The translations under genes and the position numbers were made by a program. Positions 1 to 9,458 of a stretch of 64,000 nt of DNA are shown here, piece by piece. The notes below the pieces were generated by a model. That model was not told the DNA's origin, did not search any database, and saw only the letters and a program-made list of their open reading frames with translations. Within the stretch, counting starts at the first letter, position 1, and the number at the start of each line of letters is the position of its first letter. This DNA comes from Candidatus Aphodoplasma sp. (GTDB taxonomy: Bacteria > Bacillota > Clostridia > UBA1381 > UMGS1253): NCBI GenBank assembly GCA_045541115.1, contig JAZQIM010000021.1, forward strand, positions 34,775 through 98,774, read 5' to 3'.

Positions 1-249
1 GAGGCAAATGCGATAATCAGTGCGGCAAGACGTGACATGATTGGCGCGACGCTCTACATTGTATGTGTCGACCCGAAAACAGGCGAGGTAGTACCCGGCA
101 CAAACTCATGTGCGATGTGTAAAAGACAGATTATAAATGCGGGTATTTCAAAGGTAGTTGTTCGTGATACCGCTGAAAACTACCGTGCAATCCTCGTTGA
201 AGACTGGATTGAAAATGACGAAACGCTCGAAGGCTCATTTGGATATTAA
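1..249 (+). CDS. dCMP (deoxycytidylate) deaminase, C-terminal part; 5' end lies outside the window
   Basis: Frame is open from base 1 (EANAIISAARRDMIGATLY...). Zinc-ligand motif SCAMCKRQIINAGI and tail resemble ComEB-type CMP/dCMP deaminases. Confidence 0.7.
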   Translation, partial: EANAIISAARRDMIGATLYIVCVDPKTGEVVPGTNSCAMCKRQIINAGISKVVVRDTAENYRAILVEDWIENDETLEGSFGY

Positions 250-253
250 AATT

Positions 254-285
254 AAAACCGACAGATGATCTTCTGTCGGTTTTTT
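254..285. terminator. bidirectional intrinsic terminator between convergent genes
   Basis: Stem CCGACAGA (258-265) / TCTGTCGG (272-279), preceded by an A-run and followed by a T-run. Confidence 0.8.
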
Positions 286-295
286 ATATGTTTAA

Positions 296-1000
296 TTACT
301 TAATCTCGAGTATCGCGTATATACTTGCGTTTTCATCGTGAAGCACATATGTATCGGCATCGTCTCCTTTGCAAAGTCCAACACATATAATGTCGCCTTC
401 AACGGCGGCTTTTTTATAGCTTACACGAAGCTCGTTTATTTTATAGTCCCTTGGAAGTGTGTTCGTGACATAATCTATATAATGAACATTGTTTACATGA
501 TTGTTCGTATCAAGGTCACGACGCTCTACGGTATATCTGCAAATGTCATCATACTGCTTTGGTGCACGAAGGCGTGCGTTTGTCGCACTACCAAATACGA
601 AGCGTGGCTCGGGAGAGTATACGGCGGAAATATCGGGAGTAATTCTTTGTATTTTCTGGTTTATGCCGTAATATAAAAACCATGCCGAGCTTGCGACAGC
701 AAGTGCATTATCGTTTTTGTCGACGATTTCAAAATCGCGGTATCCGTATAAGCCGGAGAAGTCAGTTGCCCATGTGCGCGCACGGATTGTCTGCGCATAT
801 TTAGGATACTCATTTATTTTTATGTGCCAGCTTTCAAGAAGCCATGCGAGGTTTTTATCAATAAGGATGTTTATGCCTTGACCGACTGAGTCGGAGTGAA
901 ACATCGTAGTATCCTGAAAGTATGATACGAGCGAGCTGAGTGATACTTCGCCGTTTTGAGAAACCTCGCTGTATCTTACCGTATATTCTTTTTCAAACAT
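296..1000 (-). CDS. acyl-ACP thioesterase family protein
   Basis: Track ORF is 296..1021. I place the start at ATG 1000 (MFEKEYTVRY) because AGGAGG lies 6 nt upstream, inside the longer reading. The ~234 aa double hot-dog layout and NNHVNNVHY motif fit FatA/B-like thioesterases. Confidence 0.65.
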   Translation of the reverse strand: MFEKEYTVRYSEVSQNGEVSLSSLVSYFQDTTMFHSDSVGQGINILIDKNLAWLLESWHIKINEYPKYAQTIRARTWATDFSGLYGYRDFEIVDKNDNALAVASSAWFLYYGINQKIQRITPDISAVYSPEPRFVFGSATNARLRAPKQYDDICRYTVERRDLDTNNHVNNVHYIDYVTNTLPRDYKINELRVSYKKAAVEGDIICVGLCKGDDADTYVLHDENASIYAILEIK

Positions 1001-1017
1001 ATGCTGCCTCCTAAAAA

Positions 1018-1806
1018 TCAAAAATCAGTAAATGAAAGCCTTTTAATGCTTCTGCATTTTCCGCTTTTTTCATCTATATCAAGTATGACGCCGTTAAATT
1101 GTGCACCGCCGTCAGCGAGCTCAAATTTTTGCGGCAGTGACGTCACAAAGCGGTCGATTATTATTTTTCTATCCATTCCAAGCACCGAATGATATGCCCC
1201 CGTCATGCCGACATCGGTAATATAGCCGCTTCCTTTTGGCAAGATCTTTTCGTCTGCTGTCTGAATGTGAGTGTGTGTGCCGACAACGGCGCTTACCTTA
1301 CCGTCTAAAAAGTAGCCAAGAGCGACTTTTTCACTTGTTGCCTCGGCATGCATATCTACTATGATTATATTGCAGCCTTCGTCCTTTAGATTTTGTACTT
1401 CGCGTATTGCTGCGTCAAAAGGATTGTCACATGGATCGAGATATACACGCCCTAAAAGGTTAATTACGCCAACCTTTATGCCGCCAATATCGACTGCGAC
1501 ACTTCCTTTGCCGGGGTTTTCGGACGGAAGGTTTGCTGGGCGTATAACGCGCGATGTTTCGTTTAATATGCTAAAAATATCTTTGTTATTCCACACATGA
1601 TTGCCCATGGTAATTACGTCGACGCTGGCATCGAAAAAACTGTCGGCAACGATTTTGCTTATACCTCTGCCGTGTGCGGCATTTTCGCCATTTACAATAA
1701 CCATATCTATATCATTTTGAAGTCTTATTTCCGGCAGTGAGCTTAGAAACATTGCTCGCCCGCATGAGCCTACAATATCGCCTGTAAATAAAATTTTCAT
1801 ATTCAT
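1018..1806 (-). CDS. ymdB: YmdB-type metallophosphoesterase (2',3'-cyclic-nucleotide 2'-phosphodiesterase, TIGR00282 family)
   Basis: Motifs KILFTGDIVG, GNHVWN and GTHTHIQTADE. Conserved position directly downstream of rny. Confidence 0.8.
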   Translation of the reverse strand: MNMKILFTGDIVGSCGRAMFLSSLPEIRLQNDIDMVIVNGENAAHGRGISKIVADSFFDASVDVITMGNHVWNNKDIFSILNETSRVIRPANLPSENPGKGSVAVDIGGIKVGVINLLGRVYLDPCDNPFDAAIREVQNLKDEGCNIIIVDMHAEATSEKVALGYFLDGKVSAVVGTHTHIQTADEKILPKGSGYITDVGMTGAYHSVLGMDRKIIIDRFVTSLPQKFELADGGAQFNGVILDIDEKSGKCRSIKRLSFTDF

Positions 1807-1876
1807 TTCGCCTTTGCTTTAATATAATTAGGGCTTTGCGCCATAAGACGCAAAGCCACAAATACAGTTTTACATA

Positions 1877-3454
1877 TTATTTTGCATAATCGACTGCGCG
1901 CATCTCACGTATTACGTTAATCTTAATTTGTCCCGGATATTCCATTTCATCCTCAATACGTTTAACGATTTCGCGTGCCATCAAAACTACACCTTCATCT
2001 TTTACATCTTCGGGCTTAACCATGATTCTTATCTCACGGCCTGCCTGAATAGCAAATGATTTTTCAACGCCCTCAAATGAGTTTGCAATCTCTTCGAGCT
2101 TTTCAAGACGCTTAATATATGTTTCAAGATTTTCACGTCTTGCGCCCGGTCTTGCAGCCGATATCGCATCACATGCCTGAACGATTGCAGCGACAACTGT
2201 CTGCGCTTCAACATCTCCATGATGTGCCATGATTGCGTGAATTACGTCGTTACTTTCCTTGTATTTCTTTGCTATGTCAGCGCCGATTGTAACGTGCGAG
2301 CCTTCCATTTCATGGTCGACAGATTTTCCAAGGTCATGCAGAAGACCTGCTCTTTTTGCAAGAGCAATATCAACACCGAGCTCGCCTGCCATAACGCCCG
2401 CCAGATGTGACACTTCGATAGCGTGCTTTAACACATTCTGACCATAGCTTGTTCTGAACTTCAATCTTCCGAGAAGTTTGATGATTTCAGGATGAAGTCC
2501 GTGAACACCTGTTTCAAATGTAGCACGTTCGCCTTCTTGTTTGATATCATTTTCAACCTCACGACGTGCTTTTTCAACAGTTTCCTCGATGCGTGCAGGG
2601 TGGATACGTCCATCTACAATAAGCTTTTCGAGTGCAAGTCTTGCAATTTCACGCCTGATAGGATCAAAGCCTGATACGATAACAGCTTCAGGAGTATCGT
2701 CGATAATAAGGTCGATTCCCGTAAGCGTTTCAAGTGTACGAATGTTTCTGCCTTCGCGACCGATGATTCTGCCTTTCATTTCATCGTTCGGTAGCGGCAC
2801 AACCGATACAGTAGTTTCTGCAGCGTGATCAGCTGCAACCTTTTGTATTGCAAATGCAACAATATTTTTTGCGTTCTTTTCAGCGTTATCTTTTGCTTCC
2901 TGCTCAATGTCTTTAATCATAATTGCAGCTTCGTGGCGGATCTGGCTTTCCAAATCCTTTAGCAAAAATTGTTTTGCTTCTTCTGCAGTAAGACCGGACA
3001 ATTTCTCAAGAGTTTCAATCTGTTGTGCCTTAAGCTTTGCAAGCTCTTCTTCTCTTTCTTCAAGGCTCTTAAGCTTGTTGTTAAGGTTTTCTTCTCTTGC
3101 CTCAAGAGCTTCGCTCTTTTTATCGAGATTTTCTTCTTTTTGCTGGATTCGTCTTTCCTGACGCGAGATTTCGCCACGTCTTTCTTTGACTTCCTTGTCG
3201 AATTCCAATCTCATTTTGTGATTTTCTTCTTTTGCTTCAAGCAAAATTTCACGCTTTTTGCTCTCGGCTGCTTTTTTAGATTCTTCGAGAATTCTTTTTG
3301 CTTCATTTTCAGCTCCGCCAACTACGGCTTCAGCTTCTTTTTTTCTTTTTTCATAGCCTGCTTTTGACGCTGCTATATAAACTATAACAGCTATTGCAAC
3401 CGCAACAACTGCGGATATTGCTATAGTAATTAAAATTTGTGTATCTATAGCCAC
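1877..3454 (-). CDS. rny: ribonuclease Y
   Basis: N-terminal TM helix, long K/E-rich coiled coil, KH domain ([12 protein letters not shown]), HD domain ([10 protein letters not shown]...LLHDLGK). Start is GTG just after GAGGAGG. Confidence 0.95.
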   Translation of the reverse strand: MAIDTQILITIAISAVVAVAIAVIVYIAASKAGYEKRKKEAEAVVGGAENEAKRILEESKKAAESKKREILLEAKEENHKMRLEFDKEVKERRGEISRQERRIQQKEENLDKKSEALEAREENLNNKLKSLEEREEELAKLKAQQIETLEKLSGLTAEEAKQFLLKDLESQIRHEAAIMIKDIEQEAKDNAEKNAKNIVAFAIQKVAADHAAETTVSVVPLPNDEMKGRIIGREGRNIRTLETLTGIDLIIDDTPEAVIVSGFDPIRREIARLALEKLIVDGRIHPARIEETVEKARREVENDIKQEGERATFETGVHGLHPEIIKLLGRLKFRTSYGQNVLKHAIEVSHLAGVMAGELGVDIALAKRAGLLHDLGKSVDHEMEGSHVTIGADIAKKYKESNDVIHAIMAHHGDVEAQTVVAAIVQACDAISAARPGARRENLETYIKRLEKLEEIANSFEGVEKSFAIQAGREIRIMVKPEDVKDEGVVLMAREIVKRIEDEMEYPGQIKINVIREMRAVDYAK

Positions 3455-3885
3455 ACACCTCCTCTTTTTTTACTCACGAGTGGTGACGGCCGGCTCCTGT
3501 ATTTTAACAGATTTTTGTATAAATTTTCCATACAAATAATATAAAATTAGGCCATTAAAATGTATTTTAAGCAGCAAATAAATATAAGTAACCGCCTTGT
3601 AAAAAATAAGTATGAATAAATTATATTTGAATATATAAATCAGTTAATCCTTATGCAGGAACACTTCGTCTGTGCCACTCGCACGTTGCTTTTATAACCA
3701 AAACGGATCAAAATTTTAATGCGCCGAATACAAAAGCGGATATTTGGCACATATAACTTCAATCATACACTATTATTGTAAACTTTTTTTTATTAAGTGT
3801 CAAGAAAAAATTTTGTGTATTTCAAATTTTTGCGCATAAAAAAATGGCTTATATTTCGACAAAGTGTACAAAAATAAAAATTATA

Positions 3886-3914
3886 TTGCCTTTATCCGAC
3901 GCAGATAGTATAAT
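3886..3914 (+). promoter_or_regulatory. sigmaA-type promoter for the 3941 gene
   Basis: TTGCCT (3886-3891), 17-nt spacer, TATAAT (3909-3914), 27 nt upstream of the start codon. Confidence 0.45.
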
Positions 3915-3940
3915 TAGTTTATAATAAGGGGGAGAAACTA

Positions 3941-5293
3941 ATGAATGGTTATATGAGTGTACCTTTGTCGCAAAGGATATCGCAAAGGAAATATGATCGC
4001 CGGAGAAGAAGGCGGAAATATATAAAAATTTTAATCTGGATTTTAGTATTTATAATTGCTGCAGCGGCCGGATTTTTTGGCGTAAAAGCGCTTGTAGGTA
4101 TTTTCGGCGGTGAAAAGCAGATAAAAACGTCTCAAAAAATAAAGCCCGAGGCAATCATAGCGCAGGCTGACTTTCTTGCGGCGGGATATGATTATGATGC
4201 GGCAATCGAAAAAATAAAGTCGTATGGCGAAGATTATGCGTCAAAAAAGGAGCTTACAGAGGCAATTGCAAGATATGAGTCGACAAAAGCAACGATGGTT
4301 CGCTATGCTGATGTCACGGATATCACGCATGTATTTTTCCATGCACTAATCGTTGATACATCAAAGAGCTTTGACGGAGAATATACTGATGACGGATACA
4401 ATCAGTACATGACAACTGTAAGTGAATTTGAAAAAATGATGCAGGAAATGTATGCGAGAGGGTATGTTCTTGTCGATATTCACGACATCGCATATGAGCA
4501 GACACAGCCTGATGGTACGACGAAGTTTGTGCCCGGAGATATAATGCTCCCGGAAGGGAAAAAACCTTTTGTCATGTCACAAGACGATGTGAATTACTAT
4601 AGCTATATGAAGGGCGACGGTTTTGCAGATAAAATTGTAATAGGCGATGACGGTATGCCGACATGTGAGTATATTTTAGACGATGGAACTGTTGTGCGCG
4701 GCGATTATGACCTTGTGCCTATTTTGGAAAAGTTTATACAAGAGCATCCCGACTTTTCGTATAGGGGTGCACGCGCAACGCTTGCACTTACGGGCTATGA
4801 CGGCGTTTTAGGTTACCGCACATGCCCTACGGCATCTGATTATAACGAAGCAGATATAGAAAAGGCAAAGGCTGTTGCGACGCGTATGCGTGAGCTTGGA
4901 TGGACTTTTGCAAGTCATAGCTGGGGACATCTTTTGTACGGCGAAATCAGCATGGAGAAATTTACATCAGACGTTACTAAATGGGAAGAGCAGGTAAGAC
5001 CGATTATCGGCGATACCGACGTATTGATATATCCTTTTGGAAACGATATTGCTGGCATAGGAAAATATACAGGCGAAAAGTATGAAATGCTTCACTCGCT
5101 TGGCTTTAGATATTATTGTAATGTGGATTCGGCGCCTTCGTGGCTACAGATTCGCGATGATTATGTAAGACAGGGAAGAAGAAACCTTGACGGATACCGT
5201 ATGTGGTATTCGCCGGAGATGCTTAAGGATTTATTTGAGGTAGAGAAGGTGTGGGATAACACAAGACCGACACCTGTTGCACCAATATCATAA
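3941..5293 (+). CDS. membrane-anchored polysaccharide deacetylase family protein (tentative)
   Basis: R/K-rich N-terminus plus one TM helix. HSWGH (NodB-like HSxxH) and an SQDD acidic motif. Strong SD GGGGGAG. Confidence 0.5.
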   Translation: MNGYMSVPLSQRISQRKYDRRRRRRKYIKILIWILVFIIAAAAGFFGVKALVGIFGGEKQIKTSQKIKPEAIIAQADFLAAGYDYDAAIEKIKSYGEDYASKKELTEAIARYESTKATMVRYADVTDITHVFFHALIVDTSKSFDGEYTDDGYNQYMTTVSEFEKMMQEMYARGYVLVDIHDIAYEQTQPDGTTKFVPGDIMLPEGKKPFVMSQDDVNYYSYMKGDGFADKIVIGDDGMPTCEYILDDGTVVRGDYDLVPILEKFIQEHPDFSYRGARATLALTGYDGVLGYRTCPTASDYNEADIEKAKAVATRMRELGWTFASHSWGHLLYGEISMEKFTSDVTKWEEQVRPIIGDTDVLIYPFGNDIAGIGKYTGEKYEMLHSLGFRYYCNVDSAPSWLQIRDDYVRQGRRNLDGYRMWYSPEMLKDLFEVEKVWDNTRPTPVAPIS

Positions 5294-5338
5294 TTTCTGC
5301 TTGCATCTGAAGTAAGTGATTTAAATTTGGAGGAATAA

Positions 5339-7003
5339 ATGAAAAAGCGAAATATAGTTTTGTTGTCAATAGTAGTAATTTTGTCATTGTTTGCTCTTTG
5401 GTTTATGAGCGTAAAAGGTTTTTTCAAAGATCCGGCAAACTTTATGCAGCTTGCAAAAAACAAGGTAGCATCAATTTATTATGACATTACAAAACAAGAA
5501 CCGAAAATTCAGGAGGAAATCATTGTTACAGCCGACGGACATAAGGTGCTTTTAGACAAGCCCAAGGGATATTCTCTTTCATTTCCAATCGATATGAATT
5601 TTGATTTGTCAATAAGCCCTGAACAGATTAAGGCGTACAATGATGATTTAACAGTTATCGTAACACGCGAGTGGGCGCCATATGCTGACGTTATGTGGTA
5701 TGTAGATAATTATTTAAATAATTACTATTTAAATGAGCACTATATTGAAACGAATAATATAACGATACATGAGCATAAAAAGTATGAGCATAACGGCGCG
5801 CAGGCACAGTTTGTTTCGCTTTCGCGCACACCAGATGAGCAACTTATCGAGCGTCAAAACGACTATTCATATTTTTATGTGCTTTCAAAAACAGGTCCGC
5901 AGGCTTTTTTCCGTGTGATGTTTAAGACAGATGATTACGAAAAAAATGCGCCTGTTATAAATGAAATTATAAACTCGTTTGAGGAGATACGCCTTGAGGG
6001 AGAAAATGTGTTTAAAGAAAAATATGAGCCGAATGTGAATAAAAACTGGAATGACGAAACGAAGGCACTGTGGAAAAAAATAAACTCAAAAGACGAATTT
6101 ATGTGGGGAATATTCGTTGACGGTGCATACGATAAAGAGCGAAATCATAAGTGGCTAAAAGACCTTGAACAAAAGGTTGATTATGAGTTTGACTTTGCAC
6201 TTCACTATGTGAATTTAAGCTGGGGTTTTCCTGTGGAGTCGATGCAAAAATTCTATGACGACAATAAAATTACAGAGCTAACGCTTCAGGTATCAAACTT
6301 TAACAATGATGATTTGTTTGGCAAAAACATTAACTTCGATATGTATGACGGACTGCTCGATGAGCAAATACGTGAGTTTGCACGCGGCGCAAAGGAGTTT
6401 GGACATCCGTTTTTGTTTAGACTTAATAATGAGATGAACAGTGACTGGGTAAATTATTCGGGCGTGGCAGCACTTTCTGACCCGGAAATATTTATTTCAA
6501 ACTGGCAAAGAATATACGACATATTTGAAGAAGAAGGCGTAGACAATGCAATCTGGATATTTAATCCGAATGCAGAAGATTGTCCGCCGGCACACTGGAA
6601 TTCATATATCTCATATTTTCCGGGCGATGAGTATGTGCATATGATTGGCATGACGGGCTATAATACGGGCGAGTATTATAAAGAGCTGTATCATGAAAAG
6701 TGGAGAACATTTGACGAAATATATAAAGAGCCATACGAGAAGTATATGAATGTGTTTGGTAAGTTCCCGTTTGTTATTACCGAGTTTGCATCGAGCTCTG
6801 TCGGTGGCGACAAGCCGGGCTGGATACGTGATATGTTTGAGTCAATAAAGAAGTATGACAATATTAAAATGGCGCTTTGGTGGAGCAGTGCGGATTATGA
6901 TATGCGCCCCGAAACATATAAGCATGTTGCAAGGCCATACTTTTTGGATGAAACAGATGAAACGACAAAGGCATTTCGTGAAGGCGTAAAAGAATATAAA
7001 TAA
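5339..7003 (+). CDS. anchored/secreted glycoside hydrolase, GH26-like (tentative)
   Basis: N-terminal signal/anchor. FLFRLNNEMNSDW resembles the GH26 acid/base block RxxHEMNGxW. ITEFASS resembles the nucleophile block. Confidence 0.5.
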   Translation: MKKRNIVLLSIVVILSLFALWFMSVKGFFKDPANFMQLAKNKVASIYYDITKQEPKIQEEIIVTADGHKVLLDKPKGYSLSFPIDMNFDLSISPEQIKAYNDDLTVIVTREWAPYADVMWYVDNYLNNYYLNEHYIETNNITIHEHKKYEHNGAQAQFVSLSRTPDEQLIERQNDYSYFYVLSKTGPQAFFRVMFKTDDYEKNAPVINEIINSFEEIRLEGENVFKEKYEPNVNKNWNDETKALWKKINSKDEFMWGIFVDGAYDKERNHKWLKDLEQKVDYEFDFALHYVNLSWGFPVESMQKFYDDNKITELTLQVSNFNNDDLFGKNINFDMYDGLLDEQIREFARGAKEFGHPFLFRLNNEMNSDWVNYSGVAALSDPEIFISNWQRIYDIFEEEGVDNAIWIFNPNAEDCPPAHWNSYISYFPGDEYVHMIGMTGYNTGEYYKELYHEKWRTFDEIYKEPYEKYMNVFGKFPFVITEFASSSVGGDKPGWIRDMFESIKKYDNIKMALWWSSADYDMRPETYKHVARPYFLDETDETTKAFREGVKEYK

Positions 7004-7004
7004 T

Positions 7005-7036
7005 AAAAAGCCACCTGCTATGCGGGTGGCTTTTTT
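7005..7036 (+). terminator. intrinsic terminator
   Basis: Stem GCCACCTGC / GCGGGTGGC (7010-7030) followed by T6. Confidence 0.85.
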
Positions 7037-7064
7037 GAAAACTTAAAAAAATTTATTTTAAGTA

Positions 7065-7093
7065 TTGCTTTTTTTGCGATTTTATGTTAAACT
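7065..7093 (+). promoter_or_regulatory. possible weak promoter of the toxin-like cassette
   Basis: TTGCTT, 17-nt spacer, TAAACT. The spacer coincides with direct-repeat copy 1. Confidence 0.3.
7069..7087 (+). repeat. direct repeat copy 1 (TTTTTTTGCGATTTTATGT)
   Basis: Matches 9439-9456 (TTTTTTGCGATTTTGTGT) apart from one substitution and one extra T. Confidence 0.65.
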
Positions 7094-7102
7094 TCTTATT
7101 AC

Positions 7103-7127
7103 AAGCAAAACGAACGTATGTTTGGTT
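7103..7127 (+). repeat. inverted-repeat left arm (AAGCAAAACGAACGTATGTTTGGTT)
   Basis: Its reverse complement equals 9383-9405 except for a 2-nt gap. Lies in the 5' leader, 18 nt before ATG 7146. Confidence 0.8.
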
Positions 7128-7145
7128 TAGGAAGGAGGTGAAATT

Positions 7146-8432
7146 ATGAAGATAGAAAACTATCCGCTGAATTCATTTAATACAATATTCCCACTGGACA
7201 AAACTTTTAAAAAGGATTATAATGGAATAAATACATTGCAAAAAAATAAAAATGTTTTTGATGATACATTTGCAAGCTCTGCTCTCGATTACCTGTACTC
7301 TAATGATAATCTGGGCAAAACACAGAGTTTTTTGGAAAACAACGGTTTTCCTTCTGCTGAAGAACGTCAGTATAACAGGGAAGCTTACGGCGCAGCAGAT
7401 GAACGTAAGCTAGTGCTTGATTTACTTAACAGCAAGTCAAACAGCATATTAAATCCACAACTTCCCAATGATACTGACCGTGCATTTTTAAGCGGACTGA
7501 TGGGAGAAGAAGAGGAAAAACTTGATTATCAAAATCAAGTAGCAAATGCAAACAATTCAATAAAAGACTGGCAAAACGTTTTTTTCGGTTCACCACTTGA
7601 GAGTCAACTAAATGGATTTGCCAATTCAGCACTGCAAAAGATAAATACTTCTTCGACGGCACAGCCTACATTTCTTAATGTAAAACCCGCTGAAACTTTT
7701 GATTTTACGCAAGAAAATGACAGTAATAATGAGCAATTCATGGATATGTCTGATACAAACAACACATTGGCTATGGTAAATTTTAATCATAACAATTATG
7801 AATCAGGCTACACAAGCGAGGATCAAGTACAAAACCCGGATGCTTACGAATTCGGAAGAGATTCAGACACTTTCAAAATTATTTCTGATCTTCAAAAGCG
7901 CTGGCTTGCCACAGATGATCCGCAGCAAAGAGATGCATTACATAACATGGCAAACGAAGCAAGACGATTGGCTCGCGAAGGAACTCCGCTCAAATATGCT
8001 CAGGACGAAGTTATGGATTTACTTCATGCAAATGCACAAGAAGCTCAACAATATATAGATACTCTAAGAAAGAGTCCGTTATATGACTGGAGAATGGATT
8101 TTGATTATAAGGCTACATATCTAATTGCTATGGTAGATAAAGGTCCTTGGGATTATAAGCTCAACTCTGAGACGTGGCGAGTGCCTGTGTGGTATACAAC
8201 CTATAACGGAGAAAATTTGGAATATAATAATGAAAATCGCAGAAATTGGATGGCCTGGATATATTTTGATGGCATGATTATGGGCGCTGATAAATTGGGA
8301 AATATGAATATGGCGTATGTTGGCGCTAAGTTAGGATTGCCACGTATTGTATACCAAAACTTTATCACAAATGATAAAGACGATCCTTTTTGGATACAAT
8401 ATGGTATTGATCTTGCAGAGCAAGGAAGGTGA
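7146..8432 (+). CDS. hypothetical protein with C-terminal polymorphic-toxin-like domain (resembles toxin type 44 / Ntox44; tentative)
   Basis: Strong SD AGGAAGGAGGTG. The C-terminal ~120 aa contain KGPWDYKLN ... FDGMIMGADKLGNMNMAYVGAKLGLP, which recalls the GPWDxK / GNxxYGxxG pattern of that family. No signal peptide, LXG, WXG or Rhs-type N-terminus was recognised. Confidence 0.45.
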   Translation: MKIENYPLNSFNTIFPLDKTFKKDYNGINTLQKNKNVFDDTFASSALDYLYSNDNLGKTQSFLENNGFPSAEERQYNREAYGAADERKLVLDLLNSKSNSILNPQLPNDTDRAFLSGLMGEEEEKLDYQNQVANANNSIKDWQNVFFGSPLESQLNGFANSALQKINTSSTAQPTFLNVKPAETFDFTQENDSNNEQFMDMSDTNNTLAMVNFNHNNYESGYTSEDQVQNPDAYEFGRDSDTFKIISDLQKRWLATDDPQQRDALHNMANEARRLAREGTPLKYAQDEVMDLLHANAQEAQQYIDTLRKSPLYDWRMDFDYKATYLIAMVDKGPWDYKLNSETWRVPVWYTTYNGENLEYNNENRRNWMAWIYFDGMIMGADKLGNMNMAYVGAKLGLPRIVYQNFITNDKDDPFWIQYGIDLAEQGR

Positions 8433-8436
8433 CAAG

Positions 8437-9378
8437 ATGGTAAAAAAAATCAAATTTATACTGTTTTTCGCTCTTATATTATTGCTGTTGTGCACTTCTT
8501 GTGCAAAGACCGAGTACGAACCAACGCATCCAAATAAAGTTTCTTTTGGAAATATCAGCAGTGGTGGCTACTTTGTAGAATGTGAAAACGGTTACATCTA
8601 TTTTGATGACGAAAAATGTACTTTCTACAAAAAAGATTTGCTGACAGATACAGTTGAACCTATTGCAAAAAGTCTTATGTGTTCGAGCTTGAACTTGTAT
8701 AACGATTGTTTATATTATACCCGTGGCGATCCCGGCCCCATATGGAAAATGTCTGTGGACGGCAAGCAAAAAAAACCATTGACGTTTTTTAGACAAGGAA
8801 AACAATTAGTTGTATATAACGATCATATGTATTTCTGCCGTTACTCTGCATACACCGATGAGCCGTTGGTTCGGACGGATTTAAACGGAGGAAATGAACA
8901 GGTGTTAGTACAGAAAGTAGGTGGCTATTGCATAATTAACGACCGTATTTATTATACGGATATTGCTATTAAAACGGAGCCAAAACTTTGCAGTATGAAG
9001 ACAGACGGAACAGATGTGAAGCTCATTAGGTATGCATATGCGACTGGTTTGATGCCTATGGGAAATAAGCTGCTTTATTCGGATTACTACAGAGAAAATA
9101 AAATGTTTATTTATGATTTGGACACTGATACAGAAGTTTGTATTTGCGAAGATCGTTGTGTGAGTTTAAATGCAAATGAAAAATGGATTTTTTACAGAAA
9201 TCAAAATGATAATGGAAATTTGTATAAAATACGCCCGGATGGAAGTGAGCGTCAAAAAATTCTTGATGTGGAGGTATCTTATATTCACGTTATAGGAAAC
9301 AGACTTTTTTACAAAGATTCCTATTGGAATAGACCGTTGGATGGCTCGTGGGTTTTTAAATACATTGACATTGAGTAA
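8437..9378 (+). CDS. DUF5050-type beta-propeller lipoprotein
   Basis: Start moved to ATG 8437 (GGAAGGTG SD). Signal peptide ends ...LLLLCTSC. Repeated blocks (NDCLYYTRG..IWKMSVDGKQKKPL, NDRIYYTD..SMKTDGTDVKLI, WIFYRNQNDNGNLYKIRPDGSERQKIL) are typical of DUF5050. Confidence 0.6.
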   Translation: MVKKIKFILFFALILLLLCTSCAKTEYEPTHPNKVSFGNISSGGYFVECENGYIYFDDEKCTFYKKDLLTDTVEPIAKSLMCSSLNLYNDCLYYTRGDPGPIWKMSVDGKQKKPLTFFRQGKQLVVYNDHMYFCRYSAYTDEPLVRTDLNGGNEQVLVQKVGGYCIINDRIYYTDIAIKTEPKLCSMKTDGTDVKLIRYAYATGLMPMGNKLLYSDYYRENKMFIYDLDTDTEVCICEDRCVSLNANEKWIFYRNQNDNGNLYKIRPDGSERQKILDVEVSYIHVIGNRLFYKDSYWNRPLDGSWVFKYIDIE

Positions 9379-9382
9379 CTAT

Positions 9383-9405
9383 AACCAAACACGTTCGTTT
9401 TGCTT
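9383..9405 (-). repeat. inverted-repeat right arm (AACCAAACACGTTCGTTTTGCTT on + strand)
   Basis: Partner of 7103-7127. Starts 4 nt after the stop codon of the lipoprotein gene. Confidence 0.8.
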
Positions 9406-9412
9406 AAACAAT

Positions 9413-9444
9413 AAAAAGACACATCAGCTGGGTGTGTCTTTTTT
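9413..9444 (+). terminator. intrinsic terminator
   Basis: Stem GACACA (9418-9423) / TGTGTC (9433-9438) followed by T6. Confidence 0.8.
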
Positions 9445-9456
9445 GCGATTTTGTGT
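9439..9456 (+). repeat. direct repeat copy 2 (TTTTTTGCGATTTTGTGT)
   Basis: See 7069-7087. Confidence 0.65.
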
Positions 9457-9458
9457 GC

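Noticed and set aside
1832-1857. Hairpin GGCTTTGCG/CGCAAAGCC between rny and ymdB as a terminator.
   Set aside because: No U-tract follows it on the minus strand, and rny-ymdB are normally co-transcribed. At most it is a processing or stability element, so it is not called as a feature.
3455-3940. The long (486-bp) AT-rich region upstream of rny as a hidden gene or structured RNA.
   Set aside because: I found no SD-preceded ORF and no convincing conserved-looking structure by eye. It probably just holds divergent promoters. An Rfam scan would be needed to say more.
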